A DNA stretch of 64,000 nucleotides from Lama glama. Lineage: Eukaryota. This document shows, piece after piece, positions 12,881-24,406 of the stretch. The translations under genes were made by a program, and so were the position numbers. How positions within the stretch are numbered: position 1 is the stretch's first letter; every line of letters begins with the position of its first letter. The notes beneath the pieces were generated by a model. That model saw only the letters and a list, made by a program, of their open reading frames with translations. It searched no databases and was not told the origin of the DNA. The stretch spans positions 19,592,001 to 19,656,000 of the forward strand of contig CM052833.1 of assembly GCA_028534125.1 (NCBI GenBank), written 5' to 3'.

Positions 12881-13509
12881 TCCAAGGAAAACATTTTTAT
12901 GTGAAAAGAGATTTTAAAAAAAAATTTTTTTTTTAAAGAAGGATGGTAGAAAATATACAAGGATTGACTGTGTTCTCTGGTCCTGTGAGTCCTACAAGTT
13001 TGTGGCTCTTCCAGTTTTGTGCAGAGGGCAGGTCAGGTTGCTGGGTGGGCCGGGTGAGAGCTTGCAGCTCTGCCTCCTCCACTGGCTGGAGCTCTGCTCC
13101 CCGCCGGTTACAGGTGCGTTTCCTCCTCCCTTTGCTTGTTGGAAAATCAAGATGGTCACGTGTGGCTCTCACAGAAGAACAAGGAGATGGAGGGCCAGCT
13201 TGCCTGGTCCAGTGCTTGCTGCCGGCCCTCTCAGCATCTGCATCTGGAGCAGGGGCGCCTCCCTCCTGGGGGCTGTGCTAGGGAGGGTCATCCCAGGGTG
13301 GGCACAGCCGTGGCCCCACCCTCCCCTGGCACCACTCATTTGCTGTTAGCGTGTTGTTTGACTCTAGTCTTACCCCAGGGCAACTGAAAACTCTTGTCTT
13401 AGTCTCCGGAATTGAGCTGCACAGTTTCTGCGGGTTCTCGATGCTGATGCAGAGAAGTCTTGCCTTAGTTGTCCTGAGTGGTGAGGGGTGAAGGCATTTT
13501 TTCCTAGGC

Positions 13510-13650
13510 TTTTGATCAATGTGTCTGTCTTATGCCGGTAAATAGCACGCTGTTTCAAGTGCTAAAGCTTTGTAATGTAGTTTGAAACCAGGGAGTGTGA
13601 TGCCTCCAGTTTTGTTCTTCTTTTCTTAAGATTGCTTTGGTTGTTTAGTG
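13510..13650 (-). mobile_element. L1 ORF2 fragment (antisense)
   Basis: The minus strand CCAAAGCAATCTTAAGAAAAGAAGAACAAAACTGGAGGCATCACACTCCCTGGTTTCAAACTACATTACAAAGC corresponds to ORF2 KAIL.KKNK.GGITLP.FKLYYKA. It continues to a degenerate W..HK.RHIDQ region. Confidence 0.85.
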
Positions 13651-13727
13651 TTTCTTACCCAGCTGTAAGATTGGTCCTGTTAATTCTCATAAAAGCAGGA
13701 TGTAAAGCCCACCAAGAAGGTGATGGC

Positions 13728-14010
13728 TGGTGTGGTGTTTACTGGCGTAAGAACAGACACTTCCATCAGCGGAACAGGAGGGAGAGCCCAGGAGTAGGCC
13801 CGCACACACACTGGTCAGTTAACTTACAGCAGAGGAACTGAGGCTATGATGCAGTGGAGAGAGGATAGTCTCTTCAGGAAACAGTGCTGGGAAGATCGGA
13901 TAGGCACACGCAGAGGAATGAAGGTGGGCCACTGCCTTACACCGTGTGGAGAGGTCAGCTCAGATTTGGATTAAAGACTTGAATATAAGACCTGAAACCA
14001 TAAAACTGCC
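13728..14010 (+). mobile_element. L1 ORF2 fragment (sense)
   Basis: Translated remnants YWRKNRHFHQRNRRESP and WIKDLNIRPETIKL match L1 ORF2 (WYWHKNRHIDQWNRIESPE..WIKDLNVRPETIKLL). Confidence 0.9.
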
Positions 14011-14257
14011 TCCTAAGGGGTCTCCCTGTAAGATGTTGTGGTCCCCCTGTAGAGGAAGGAGCTGTATCCACCCACTCCCCACCCATAACATGCACGTCTC
14101 ATTTATGATTCTTTACCAAGAGGGATCTAAACCTTTGGTATCCAAATTGGTGATGTTCCAAGCAGTGGTCACCTTAAGTCATGCTGTACAAACATTATGC
14201 TGGAGAGAGAAAGGGCGCCGTGTGCTTGGACTCATGTGGCCTCTGGTCCAGGCTGCT

Positions 14258-14400
14258 ATGTTCAAACCCAGGTGCTGCCACGGCAGCCTGTGTGGCCTTG
14301 GGTGAGTAATTTAACCTCTCTGTGCCACACTTTCCTCATCTAAGACACGAGAATAAGGCCAACACATGTGCTTCAGAGGGCTGTTTGCAAGGTGAGTGAG
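14258..14400 (+). mobile_element. MIR SINE
   Basis: TTCAAACCCAGGTGCTGCCAC..CTGTGTGGCCTTGGGTGAGTAATTTAACCTCTCTGTGCCACACTTTCCTCATCT is the MIR core. Confidence 0.85.
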
Positions 14401-15571
14401 TGTGTGTGGGCGAGCGCTTCTCAGGCGGCTGTCAGTGTGCAGGACAGAGTCCTTGGTGTCTCGGCGGTGCTCGACTTGATGGCCGCGAGCAGTTGTTACC
14501 CCAGGCTCGCCTCGTTTACACAGTGTGGCACTGGAGGGACTTGTGCTGCTGTCAGTGGGGTTTGCCCAGAGATCTGAGGACATTTCCGGAAGAGCCGTTC
14601 CAGAGGACGTTGAGAGTGTGGGACAGGATTGGAATCCGTGTTGTGAGCTCACGTGAATGTGTGCTGCTCTGGGTCACTGCTGGGCAGACCTCTGACCTTG
14701 GTGCCCTTTGTGAGTGGGGCTTCGTGTTCTCACACGACTGTCTCCACTGCCTTCAGTGAAGACAGATTTCCCCTGCAGTGAGAACCTGCATTACGTGTCA
14801 TTTAAATGCACGTGTCTTGCTATATTTTATCATAAGACAGAAATGTACTTTCACCATGCGTGCTGCTGAGCAGTTTCGATTCTGTGTCTTTTCTGTTTCT
14901 CTTTGTCCTGCTGACGTACAGATAGAGGCACACTCCTGGGTTGGGACCCAGCGGCCTTGGTTCCCTCTCTGACTTCCATTGAATTTCATGCTGGGCACTA
15001 GGCTGGCCCTGGAAATACGATGGGGAAATGACTTAAAAAACAGGAAAACGTTTAATTTAATAAAAACACTGCATAGACTTCTTCCGTGCAGCATGCCCGT
15101 GTCATGTGTGTTTGTACAATTAAGTTACTTGTGAGTGTGGAAAAGGAGGGACCCGTGCAAGACTCGGTCATTTTATTTCCATATAAAAAAGTGTCCTAAG
15201 GGTGTTTTATGACCATCCCTTTAAGATCCTGGAGGCTGTCAGGAATGTCCATTTGCAGCCAGAGTTTGGGCCTGGGTCAAAGTGCAGAGGGGTGAGGTGG
15301 TGGGGGCTCTGGGCTTGGCACGGAGCCAGATCTTACAACAGGGACGGAGACGCTGCTGGCCCGGAGAGTGTTTATGGAGGGAGCCACCCTGGTGCTGGCA
15401 GCCCCCGTTGTGCTCACTTGCGCTTTCACACGTGGGTCAGGACGGAGACCGTGGAGGGGAGGGGGCACTTGCTTCCCTCCTGGTTTCTTTGAAACACTTG
15501 ACCAGCCTCGCTTTGGCTGAAGGATGTATCAGGGGGAATGGATGTGGCTTGTTTGTGGGTCAGTGGTGTGG

Positions 15572-15830
15572 GGTTCACTCTTGGATTCACCTGTTTAGCA
15601 CATTCTTGTTGAGCACTTGTGTGTGCCAGGCACTGAGGCAGGTACTGGGGGTGGAGGGGAGCGAGGCAGAGGAGGCTCTTCCGCTCAGGGGAGTTAGGAG
15701 TCGGCCAGGGAGACAGACAGGAAGTAAACAAGCAGATCCCATGACTTGACACAGCAGTCAAGCCATAGGGAAGATCAGATGGGGAAGGAGATGAGAGACG
15801 ATGGGGTCTGACTGTTACTGACGGGGTGTG
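15572..15830 (-). mobile_element. L2 3'-end fragment
   Basis: CATTCTTGTTGAGCACTTGTGTGTGCCAGGCACTGAGGCAGGTACTGGGG..GGGAGACAGACAGGAAGTAAAC matches the reverse-complemented L2 tail. Confidence 0.8.
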
Positions 15831-17462
15831 CAGGGACAGCCTCGCCCACAAAACGGGGAAGGAGTCTAGGCTGAGGGCCCGACTCGGGCGCAGGGCTCAG
15901 GGCACGGCTCTCTCCACGTCTGTGTGAGTATCTGTGAGTTTTAACCAGTGCTATTTGCTATATATTTAGTATGTTTAAATTGTGTCTCTTTTTGAATCGT
16001 TGCTTCTGAAGAATTGTCCGTCTCCCAAACACTGAGTCCGCGAGAAGGACTCACTCACGTTCAGTTCTTGAACTTCGGTTTCTGTTCTTCTGGTACTTTC
16101 CAAGCACACGGTTCAGATGTGTTGATACAGGTGTGAAGGAAGTAGCTGCAGGTGGTGGCCAAGCACAGTCTCACTGTCGATCCTGAAACATGCGTGACGA
16201 CTCTGCAGGCGGGTGGGGGGAGGGGCTCCCTGTGAGGAGCTGGGTCTGGGGAGAGGCAGTGCTGTTCCTAGCAGAGGCACGGGGCCGGGAGAGATGGGTG
16301 GATGGACACTCGGCTGTGTCCCTGAGGGGCGAGCGTGTCACTGGGGCCCAACAGATGGAGGGCAGGGCTCCTCCAGCCCCCGTTCTCTTCCAGTCTGGCC
16401 CCTCAGGCACACCAGGGCTGTTTCTCATGATGCAGCCTTTCAAGGTGCCTCCCCCAGCAGGTAACACCCACACCGGTCCACATTGGGGCTGGTCTCTCGG
16501 CTGCTGGACAGAGCTCGCAAGCAGTCCCCAGGGCGGTTGGTCCTCATCCGGGGCAGCTGCAGTGTCAGGCGCCCCACCAGCCACGCTCTGGCCCACCGCA
16601 CTTGACGGGAGGGCATCTGATGCACGTTTCATGGTGTTTTCAGCAGTGAGCACTGCCGGGCAGAAGGACAGGAGCCACGAACACCCTGCGTCCTCCTCCC
16701 CCAGCTCTCCTCCCAGGGGTTTGGCTCTTGGTTCCTTTCTGCTTGTGAGTCTCTTGGATTCTTAGAAGGAGGCACCACAGCCTGCTGCCGTCCTCTCAAA
16801 ACGAAAGCTGCCGCTCTGGCCACGGGACTGTCCGTGTGGCCTGGACTTGCTCTTGGTATAAACACCGTCTCCAGAACTCGCGGCTGAGCAGTGTGGTGCT
16901 TGCCCAGTAACTAAATCTGGATTTACAACCTTTTTAATCTCCAGTAACTCGAGCAATTTTTATAATTTAGATCTGTTTCCAAAGTGTGATTTTGGCAATA
17001 CAGGGATTTTCTTATCTTAAAAGTTTTACGAAAAAACTTAAAATCCCTTGGACATTTAAGTGAAAACCGTAACTTTTGGAATGCCGAATCTCCATGCGCT
17101 TTTGTGAACAGGAGCCATGAGTGTTCTCGTTTATGTCAGTGCTCCTGACACTGCAGACTTTCTATAGCTCCTGGGTCCGTGCTGTTTGCAGACGCCAGTC
17201 AGCACACATTCTTTCACACGAGTGAAGGAAACAACGTTTGCGGTGACAGGGGGACTCCTGCGTAATTTGAGTTGCTAACTGTTGATCCCGAAGAATGTGG
17301 GTGAAGCGCTGGTGTCCACAGGACAGTGGGCCCTGCTCTCGGTGCTCGTTGTAGCCTGAGTGCATTTTAATACCTGCTGTAGTTAACAAGTTACTCTTTC
17401 ATCTCTGAGTATTTACTGAATTAATAGCAACTTTTTGCCACCTTGTACTTCCTTAACTCATT

Positions 17463-17572
17463 CCGTTACTATATCATTCTTTTATTCATCGAACTATATC
17501 ATTCTTTTATTCATCCCGTTACTATATCATTCTTTTATTCATCGAACTATATCATTCTTTTATTCATCGAAC
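17463..17572. repeat. AT-rich minisatellite: 4 copies of a 23-bp core arranged as a 53-bp higher-order dimer
   Basis: Core ACTATATCATTCTTTTATTCATC at 17468, 17493, 17521 and 17546. The linkers alternate CCGTT and GA. Confidence 0.95.
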
Positions 17573-19084
17573 GTTCATCATTATTGAAAAACACCCCAGT
17601 GCCCTGGTCCTGTGGGGTGCACACCGGGAGGGGAGGGGGAGAACCAGTCAGAAACAGGGCTTCAGGCTCCAGGATCCAAAGGCGTGTCCTCTCTCCAGCC
17701 CTACCCAGCTGCACTGGCTGCCCCGGCCAAGAGACCCTGCACCTGCTGCAGGTCTCTCTGCTTGTGGCTTGTCTCTGGGGCACCCGTTTTCCTCTCCTGT
17801 CTCCGCAGCCTTGCGCTGAGGAGGGTGTCGTTGGCTATGGCTGCCTCTGGGCAGCAGGCTCGGTTTCCCGCCTGACATGCTTGTGCAGGGCTGCGGGCCG
17901 TGGCTGCTGGCAGCGCGCTCTGGTCATGTGGCCTCCACTGAGCAGGATTAAAGGGGCGCGCGTTGTCAGCAGCACCCGGGAGCCTGCCCTCGAGATGGCA
18001 CATGCTGCCTGGGCCGCTGCTGGAGTGCAGCCTGTCCTCGTCTCTTTGACGCCAGCGGTGTCGTGGCGCTCACACTCCCTGAAACTCTGGCAGCTGCCGT
18101 TGCTGATGTTAAGGAGAACTTGGAAAAGCCCTCTTGACTGCGTCTCCCACGCAGCGGTGATCTCAGCTGCTCCGGGAACTGAGGGCTCTCGCACTCGTCC
18201 CTTCTCAACTTCCTGTGTATGCACCATCTCGGCTCATCTGTGGGATAACTGTCCCCACAACCTGTCACATTCCTTCTCACAGGAACCTGACACTCAGTCA
18301 TTTCTGTGTGATCCTGTCTGAGTGTGACGAACGTACACACACAGGTCCCCATCTATGTTTTGTGGCTCCCAGTTTGGACACACGGTGCAGATGAGGCGAC
18401 TGGACCGGTTTGTGTGCTGACCCTGCTCCAGCCGCTCGGATCATCAAGGACAAGCGGCCCTGCTGGTGCGGTGTGTGGGCCACGGCCTGAGCGTGTCACC
18501 CTTTCCACACCCTCTCTCTAGCTGCATGTCTGTGTAGAAGCACCGATTTCAGGTGGAAGGAAGAAAACTGACCAGAGTGCACTTCCTCTGCCCCTCCCCC
18601 GTGCTCTCGGTTCAGTTAAGTCAGAGCAGTCACTGGTGACCCACTGCTGGATGCCGGGGCTGCAAAGGTGTGATGTCCTCTGGGCTCGAGAGGGCTTGCC
18701 AGTGGGCGAGGCAGGCAGACAGGTGATGGCGGTGTGGCAAGGGCTGAATGGGAGGACACATAGGTCACCATGGGAACAGGCAGCCGTGTTCAGTTGCGGA
18801 TGGATGGGGAGATGAAAGGTCATAGGCAGCTGTCAGTAAGTGGGGGGAGTGAGTCATTCCAGGCAGGAGAGGTGGGGGGCACCAGGCACCACGAGGGGAG
18901 CCGAGTGTGCTTGAGAACAGCCTCGTGTCTGGGCGTGTCCGGCGTCCAGGGCAGTGTGCGAGGAGTCAGGAAGTGAGGTTGGAAAGGTGGTCAGGACCGC
19001 TGATGTGGACTGTTCTGAAGGTTGAAAGCGAAGGGATGGCATGATATTTCTGATTTAGAAATAACAATTTGCTTGATAGAATAA

Positions 19085-19345
19085 ACCTTCCTTCGTCCAC
19101 CAAATGTTTTTTTGAAAACCTATTACATGCAGACGTTATCTGGGCCTCAGGAAGGTAACAGGAAAGAATCAGTGCCCTCCGTACATTTAGATGAACTCAC
19201 ATTCTAGTGATCGGGGTAGTAAGCAAACTAGAGAGTCAGTTATGTGATTTATGGAACGGTGTTAAGTGTTACAGGAAAGATAAAGCAAGAAACGTAGATA
19301 GGGAGTCTTGGACGTGGGTGGGAAGGGGTACATTTCTAAACAGGG
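19085..19345 (-). mobile_element. L2 3'-end fragment
   Basis: CCAAATGTTTTTTTGAAAACCTATTACATGCAGACG..GAACTCACATTCTAGTGA..GGTGTTAAGTGTTACAGGAAAGATAAAGCA is L2-like. Confidence 0.7.
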
Positions 19346-22044
19346 TGGTTTGTTACGCTGGAATATGAAGAGAGTGTGTGTGTTTTGAAAGAGTTCAGCG
19401 TCTGCTGCCTTTGTCTCTTACCCGGACCCGTTTCCTTGCTGGTTCAGGACTGTCTGAGAAGCAGTGTTGGGAAGACCTGCCGTATGTGCTGTGAAGTAGG
19501 ATCAGACCCTGACTCTGGGTCCCCTCAGTGTGTTTGCCCCTTCCGGTCACGTGGGCAGTGGGACCGACTGGGGTCTGGAGAGGAGAAGGCGGGGCGTGGT
19601 GAGGGTGGGAGTGATTGTTTAGGCCGGACCAGTGGTTCTGTCTCTGCTGAGGACACACAGGACAGAGTGGTCCGCTTCAGCCAGGGATATCAGGCTGCAG
19701 CGAGGTGCCGTCCGTCCAGGAGCGGGCCCTGGTGCTTCCACACTGCTGTCACTGGTGACCGCCCTGGCGACCAGTCTCCTGACGTGGGCTCAGCCACTGC
19801 AGTGGTGAGCAGGTCCTTGGAGCTGAGAGTGGAGGGTGTCTGCGGCCCATCCTGTCTGAAGCAGGCCGGCGGTTCCAGCCTGTGACAGGAGACGATTCTG
19901 AGCAGGTGCTCGGTTGGAGATCTGGGTCAAGTGACAAGAGCAGCAGGAGGCCCGGAGCTCCCGGTGCTGGGTGGCCGGTCCCACCACCCCTGGAGCACGG
20001 CTGCTGGTGCGCCCTCGGGAGAAGCGAGCAGGACGGGGGCGGTTAATTTCAGAAGGTAGGAATTTTATCAGCCACTGTTCCACTGGGAAGGGCGCATTTA
20101 AGACCCTGTCCTGGTTGTGAGTCACGTGGTTTTGAGGTCTCTGTTGAGGAGTTAGGCAGAGGACTTCCAGAGCTCCTCAGCTGGCCCGTAGTGCTGCAAG
20201 GAAAAGAAGTTCTCTGTGAGAGGCCGGGAGGGGCATGTTCAGGACAGAAATTCTTACTCTTAATCATTCTTTTCCTTTTTCCTCTTTCACGTGGTATACG
20301 CCAGACGGTTAGTGTTAGTTTGTACGTAATTAGAATGACATTTAGGACAGAAAGTTTTTTCCCCCAAATTGGTAGAAATCGTGGGTTTTATGTTCCATTT
20401 CACAGGAGGCTTGTTGTCTGTCCTGAGTGAGTCAGGAATTCCCTTGGGGCTGTTTGCCGTCTGTGACAGGAGAGGTCGCCCCGTTCTCCAGGGCCTTCTC
20501 GGCAGCAGGGTGTCATGAATCTATGACGATTCCCAGTCACTGAATTCATCAGAAGGCTGTGGAGGAGTTTGGAGAAGCTGCAGAGGACTCAAAATTGGGA
20601 GAAAATTCTTTGTCACTAAGAGCAAAGTGATTCTAAAATCTATTGCTGATTCTGGATTTTTAAAACTAAGAAATCAAATAGAGAATTACGGCAGAAAGAA
20701 ACGCCATTTTCTTCACTTTAAAAATCCTGACTTTAGAGAAGAGGATTTATTTATCTACTTTAGGAATTACTTAAGTATTTCAAATTTTGAAATTAAATCT
20801 GTAACTCCTGAAGGAAAAACTGGCTCCTGAGTCTCTAATTCTATATTCTACTCCAATATTATACATCTGAAAGAACCATGAATTTGAATTTGTAGCCAGT
20901 GTTTCTGATGTTTAACGGTCTTTAATTTCTTTCGGCTTCTGGCTTAGCAGAAATACTCTACAAGTTTCACAAAGAATGGACAAAATATGATCAGAAAACA
21001 TTAAAAAAAAATTCTTCTGTGTTCCTTCTCTGACTTGCGTCTTGCTCCACGGAGGGCGCTCTGGCTCTTGGGTGTGAAAATGTTGTTCAGGAGCCCTTCC
21101 CGTGGTCCCAGGGTTTCTGAAATGCCTCGTTGACAGTACAGAGCTGTAGCAATTGGGCCCTATATCCAGGAATCTTCAAAATATCTGCCTGTTTTAAGAG
21201 ATTAGGGTTTTTAAAAAGTAAATTAGCAAACACCAACTAAGCATCCCAGTAGAGTACTGTTAGCTAGAGAGGGCCTCACATGGCGAGGGGTCTGATCTCA
21301 CCAGGCAGGGGCCCCTCGGGCTGCCCGTCCCATCATTCTGAGGCTCTCCAGGCCCCCTCTGTCCTGGCCACACGCCCGGCCAGGGAGCACAGAGGTCTGG
21401 GCAGGGGCTCTGTCAGTGGTGGTGAAAGGTCAGCCCAGGGGATTCCGTACACGGCCGAGGTTAGAGCCTCTCACCTGGGGGTCTCAGTTTGAAATGTCAC
21501 AATAACCTGGTTATTGGAGGACCACCCCTGATGTCTGAACACACTGGGCTTTTGGATGGAGAGTGCGGTGGAGACAGTCTTGCATGGTGGGTCAGGATCG
21601 AGTTGGAAGCCTGCCTCTGTCAATACAGTCAGGTTACCTAGGACAGACCCTTGGCCAGACCTTTTCATTCCAGCTGCAGCATTAATCTGTGACACTTAAT
21701 AACATCATAGCAGTTTTCCCGATAGCGTACCAGGAAGCCGACGCAAAATTTCAGGGCACTTGTTTTGGGTCAAGTGGCATGAGATGGGAGAGGTTTTTAG
21801 TGATGCCCAGCCGGCGACTCACCACTGAAAAGGTTTCGATAGTGATACTGACACTTCCATTATCTCGGAAGTAAGAGCGCTCTGAGCACGTGAGGCTGCT
21901 GTGGTGCGTCTGGGCGACGGCAAGCCCACCCGAGACGCGGGCTCGAGAACTTTGTTGCGCACGTGGGGTCCTCACGACAGGTCCACGAGAGCAGGTCCGG
22001 AAGCCGAGAGACGGCGACTGGAGAGCCTGAGACCAGAGGCTGCG

Positions 22045-22175
22045 GATCTGGACATGCACCTGGCTTTTGCCATTTGTCAGTAGTTCAGTTATGGGCAGGT
22101 CACTTGATATGAGTCTGCCTTTCCTCGTCTGTGAAATGGGAATAATAATTTCACAGGGTTCTTGTGGGCTCAGGG
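22045..22175 (+). mobile_element. MIR SINE
   Basis: CTGGCTTTTGCCATTTGTCAGTAG..GGGCAGGTCACTTGA..TTTCCTCGTCTGTGAAATGGGAATAATAAT. Confidence 0.8.
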
Positions 22176-22713
22176 TAGGTCATACGTTTATTCAGCGGGT
22201 AGGTGACTCACCAAGTGCCCGTTACTCGCAGGCAGCAGTGTCCGTGTGGAGAATATGGGGAAGGAACCGCGTCTTTGAAAGAAGCCATGCGTCTTAGGCA
22301 TGCTCATGTAGAAGATTCACACTATGAAGAGGGCTTGCTCTCTGATCTCCACGCGCCCTTCTTGCCCCAGGCATTCGTCGTACACCAGCCTCCGTATTGG
22401 TTGTAGGCATGACTGGGTCACGGTCGTCGCCTTGAAAATATTTTGTTACTTTGGACGGGTCTCCCTTGGACCACCCGAGTAGAGAAGAGTATGGACGTGG
22501 TTTCATTTCCCGGCTGGTTTAAAGTTCCACGTCGACTGGGACGTGGGAGTTTAACCTGAGGTCCTTTCAAACCACAGCAGCGGCTGGCTTTTTACTTGGA
22601 GTTTGACTCCGTCTCAGTTAGTGTCTCCTCCTTTCCGGTCACCGTTTCGGCAAAATCGGGGGTCCCGGGTTTTGGCTAATGTCCTTTTCATGTAATCCAG
22701 ACTCCAAAATTTC

Positions 22714-22751
22714 AGGGGCTGTAGCTCAAGGGTAGAGCATTTGACTGCAGA
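22714..22751 (+). pseudogene. Tailless retropseudogene of the 5' half of tRNA-Cys(GCA), with 16-bp target-site duplications
   Basis: GGGGCTGTAGCTCAAGGGTAGAGCATTTGACTGCAGA (22715-22751) matches the recalled tRNA-Cys 5' end GGGGGTATAGCTCAGGGGTAGAGCATTTGACTGCAGA at 34/37 positions. It is flanked by identical CAGACTCCAAAATTTC at 22698-22713 and 22748-22763. There is no 3' half and no poly(A). Confidence 0.9.
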
Positions 22752-23399
22752 CTCCAAAATTTCTTTTGGAAAGAAAGATAAATTCTTTCCTTGACATTTC
22801 CTTTTTCCACTAAGTTAAAAAAAAGTTCACTTCATAAATGTGATCTCAGACAGCTGGATTTAAACGCGTGCCCCTGAGTGGGGTAGGGCCTCCTTGGAGC
22901 TCCCCGCGGCCGAGGCTGCGCCCAGGGCAGTTTTCACCTCGGAGGTGCAGCCAGGGACTAGCTTTTGGTTGTGCCTTGGGGGTGCTGGCACGTTGTCTAC
23001 ACCAGGCTGGGGGCTGCTCCCTCTGCAGCCCCACGTGCCGCTAGCAGAGCTGGTGGAGGGCCGTCTGCTGGTGCCTGCCCCTTTACTATCTGAACAGTGG
23101 ATGTTAGAGTGGGAAGGACCTCAGACTTGACTCAGGCCTGTCACGCACATTCCAAACGGAATCAAAGAGGAGTGAAGAGGCTGTGAGGGTCAGCGTCAGT
23201 GGGGGTCCTGGGGCGCTTCTCCTGAGGTGTGTTCCTGCCATCTGGCCACTGAGTGGGGCGTCCTGTGGGCGCTCCTAGGAGCGGCTCCCAGGCAGTGTAA
23301 GGTGCACAGATGTTTGTGTGCTCACGTGTGTGTGATTATGTCATCTCCTTCGTTTAAATTGACAGTGCTAAGATTGCAACTTTATCTTAAAGTCTTAGT

Positions 23400-23540
23400 T
23401 TTTTTATTTTTTGGGGGGGTTAGGTAATTAGGTTTATTGTTTTTATTTTATTCATTTTTTTTAATGCAGGCACTGGGGATTGAATCCAGGACCTCGTGCA
23501 TGCTAAGCAGGCACTCTACCACTGAGCTACACCCTCCCCC
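23400..23540 (-). mobile_element. tRNA-derived camelid-type SINE (vic-1-like)
   Basis: The minus strand reads GGGGGAGGGTGTAGCTCAGTGGTAGAGTGCCTGCTTAGCATGCACGAGGTCCTGGATTCAATCCCCAGTGCC, with intact A and B boxes. An A-rich tail and AAACCTAATTACC follow. Confidence 0.9.
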
Positions 23541-23784
23541 GTTTATTATGTAGTCTTATAAAAGCGTATTCCATTTTCAGTACTGACCTGCGCAGGTTTC
23601 AGGTCCCCTGTTCCTTGGCGGCGGTGGGAGTTGGTTTGGGCTCCATCCTGTTCTTTAAGTCACTCACGTGGCCCTTGGCACAGGTGCTTCTCAGGTAGCA
23701 GAGAGCACAAACAATTTTTCCTTCTTGTATGACGTAAAGTCAGTGCTGTCCCTTTGGTATTAAACCTGGTCCTTAGGCATGAGA

Positions 23785-23890
23785 TGAACGAACACCAGAG
23801 AGGTTAGATGTTTTGCCCAGAGCCTCACAGCATCCTGTGACAAGTTGGAAATAAAATGTGTGAGCCTCCTTTTGTCCAGCCTGAGCCCCC
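23785..23890 (-). mobile_element. MIR fragment
   Basis: CAGAGAGGTTAGATGTTTTGCCCAGAGCCTCACAGC resembles the reverse-complemented MIR core. Confidence 0.5.
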
Positions 23891-24265
23891 GAGTCCTGCT
23901 GGAGCCCGGGCTGCTGCCGCACCCGCTCTCCTCCTCCGTGCAGGCGTGGATAACTGCCAAGGAGTTTTTCAAGCAAAGGAAGAGTTTCAAAGCTGTGACT
24001 CTGCTGGCAGGCTGTGGAAGGAGGGCACCTGTGTTACTCATTCTGTGGGTTAGAGACATCGAGTGAGTGTGTCCGCAGGCCCCGGCTGCCCCAGGCACTG
24101 AACTGTGCCTTTCACAGAGGGCAGCCCCTTGTGAGCGCGGCTTCTTGTGGTCTCCAGGTAGACCGAGTCCCAGCCATCACGGCACACGAATGGAGAAGTG
24201 AACATAGCAGCTCAGGAGCACGGGCTCTCATTGACCACTGCATGCTTTGTGTTGTGTTTTTTCAG

Positions 24266-24406
24266 AGTGCAAATTCACCTGCACCAGTGGTAGATGCTTG
24301 TATCTTGGGTCACTGGTCTGTAACCAGCAGAACGACTGTGGAGACAACAGCGACGAGGAAAACTGTCTCCTGGTGACCGAGCACCCACCTCCGGGCATCT
24401 TCAGCT
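24266..24406 (+). CDS. LDLRAD4: LDLRAD4 coding exon (141 nt): LDL-receptor class A domain
   Basis: Acceptor TGTTTTTTCAG| and donor |GTAAGT, phase 1-1. It encodes ECKFTCTSGRCLYLGSLVCNQQNDCGDNSDEENCLLVTEHPPPGIFS, with six Cys and the DCGDNSDE Ca2+-binding motif. Confidence 0.97.

Noticed and set aside
17463-17572. CRISPR-like look of the 23-bp repeats
   Set aside because: The linkers are only 2-5 nt and repeat, there are no cas genes, and the DNA is mammalian.
17443-18321. 292-aa ORF
   Set aside because: The N-terminus is a translation of the minisatellite (YIILLFIE repeats), and the rest is low-information GC-rich intron.
23465-23540. Possible functional tRNA gene on the minus strand
   Set aside because: The tRNA-like head continues into the SINE tail shared by three dispersed, diverged copies, so it is a SINE.
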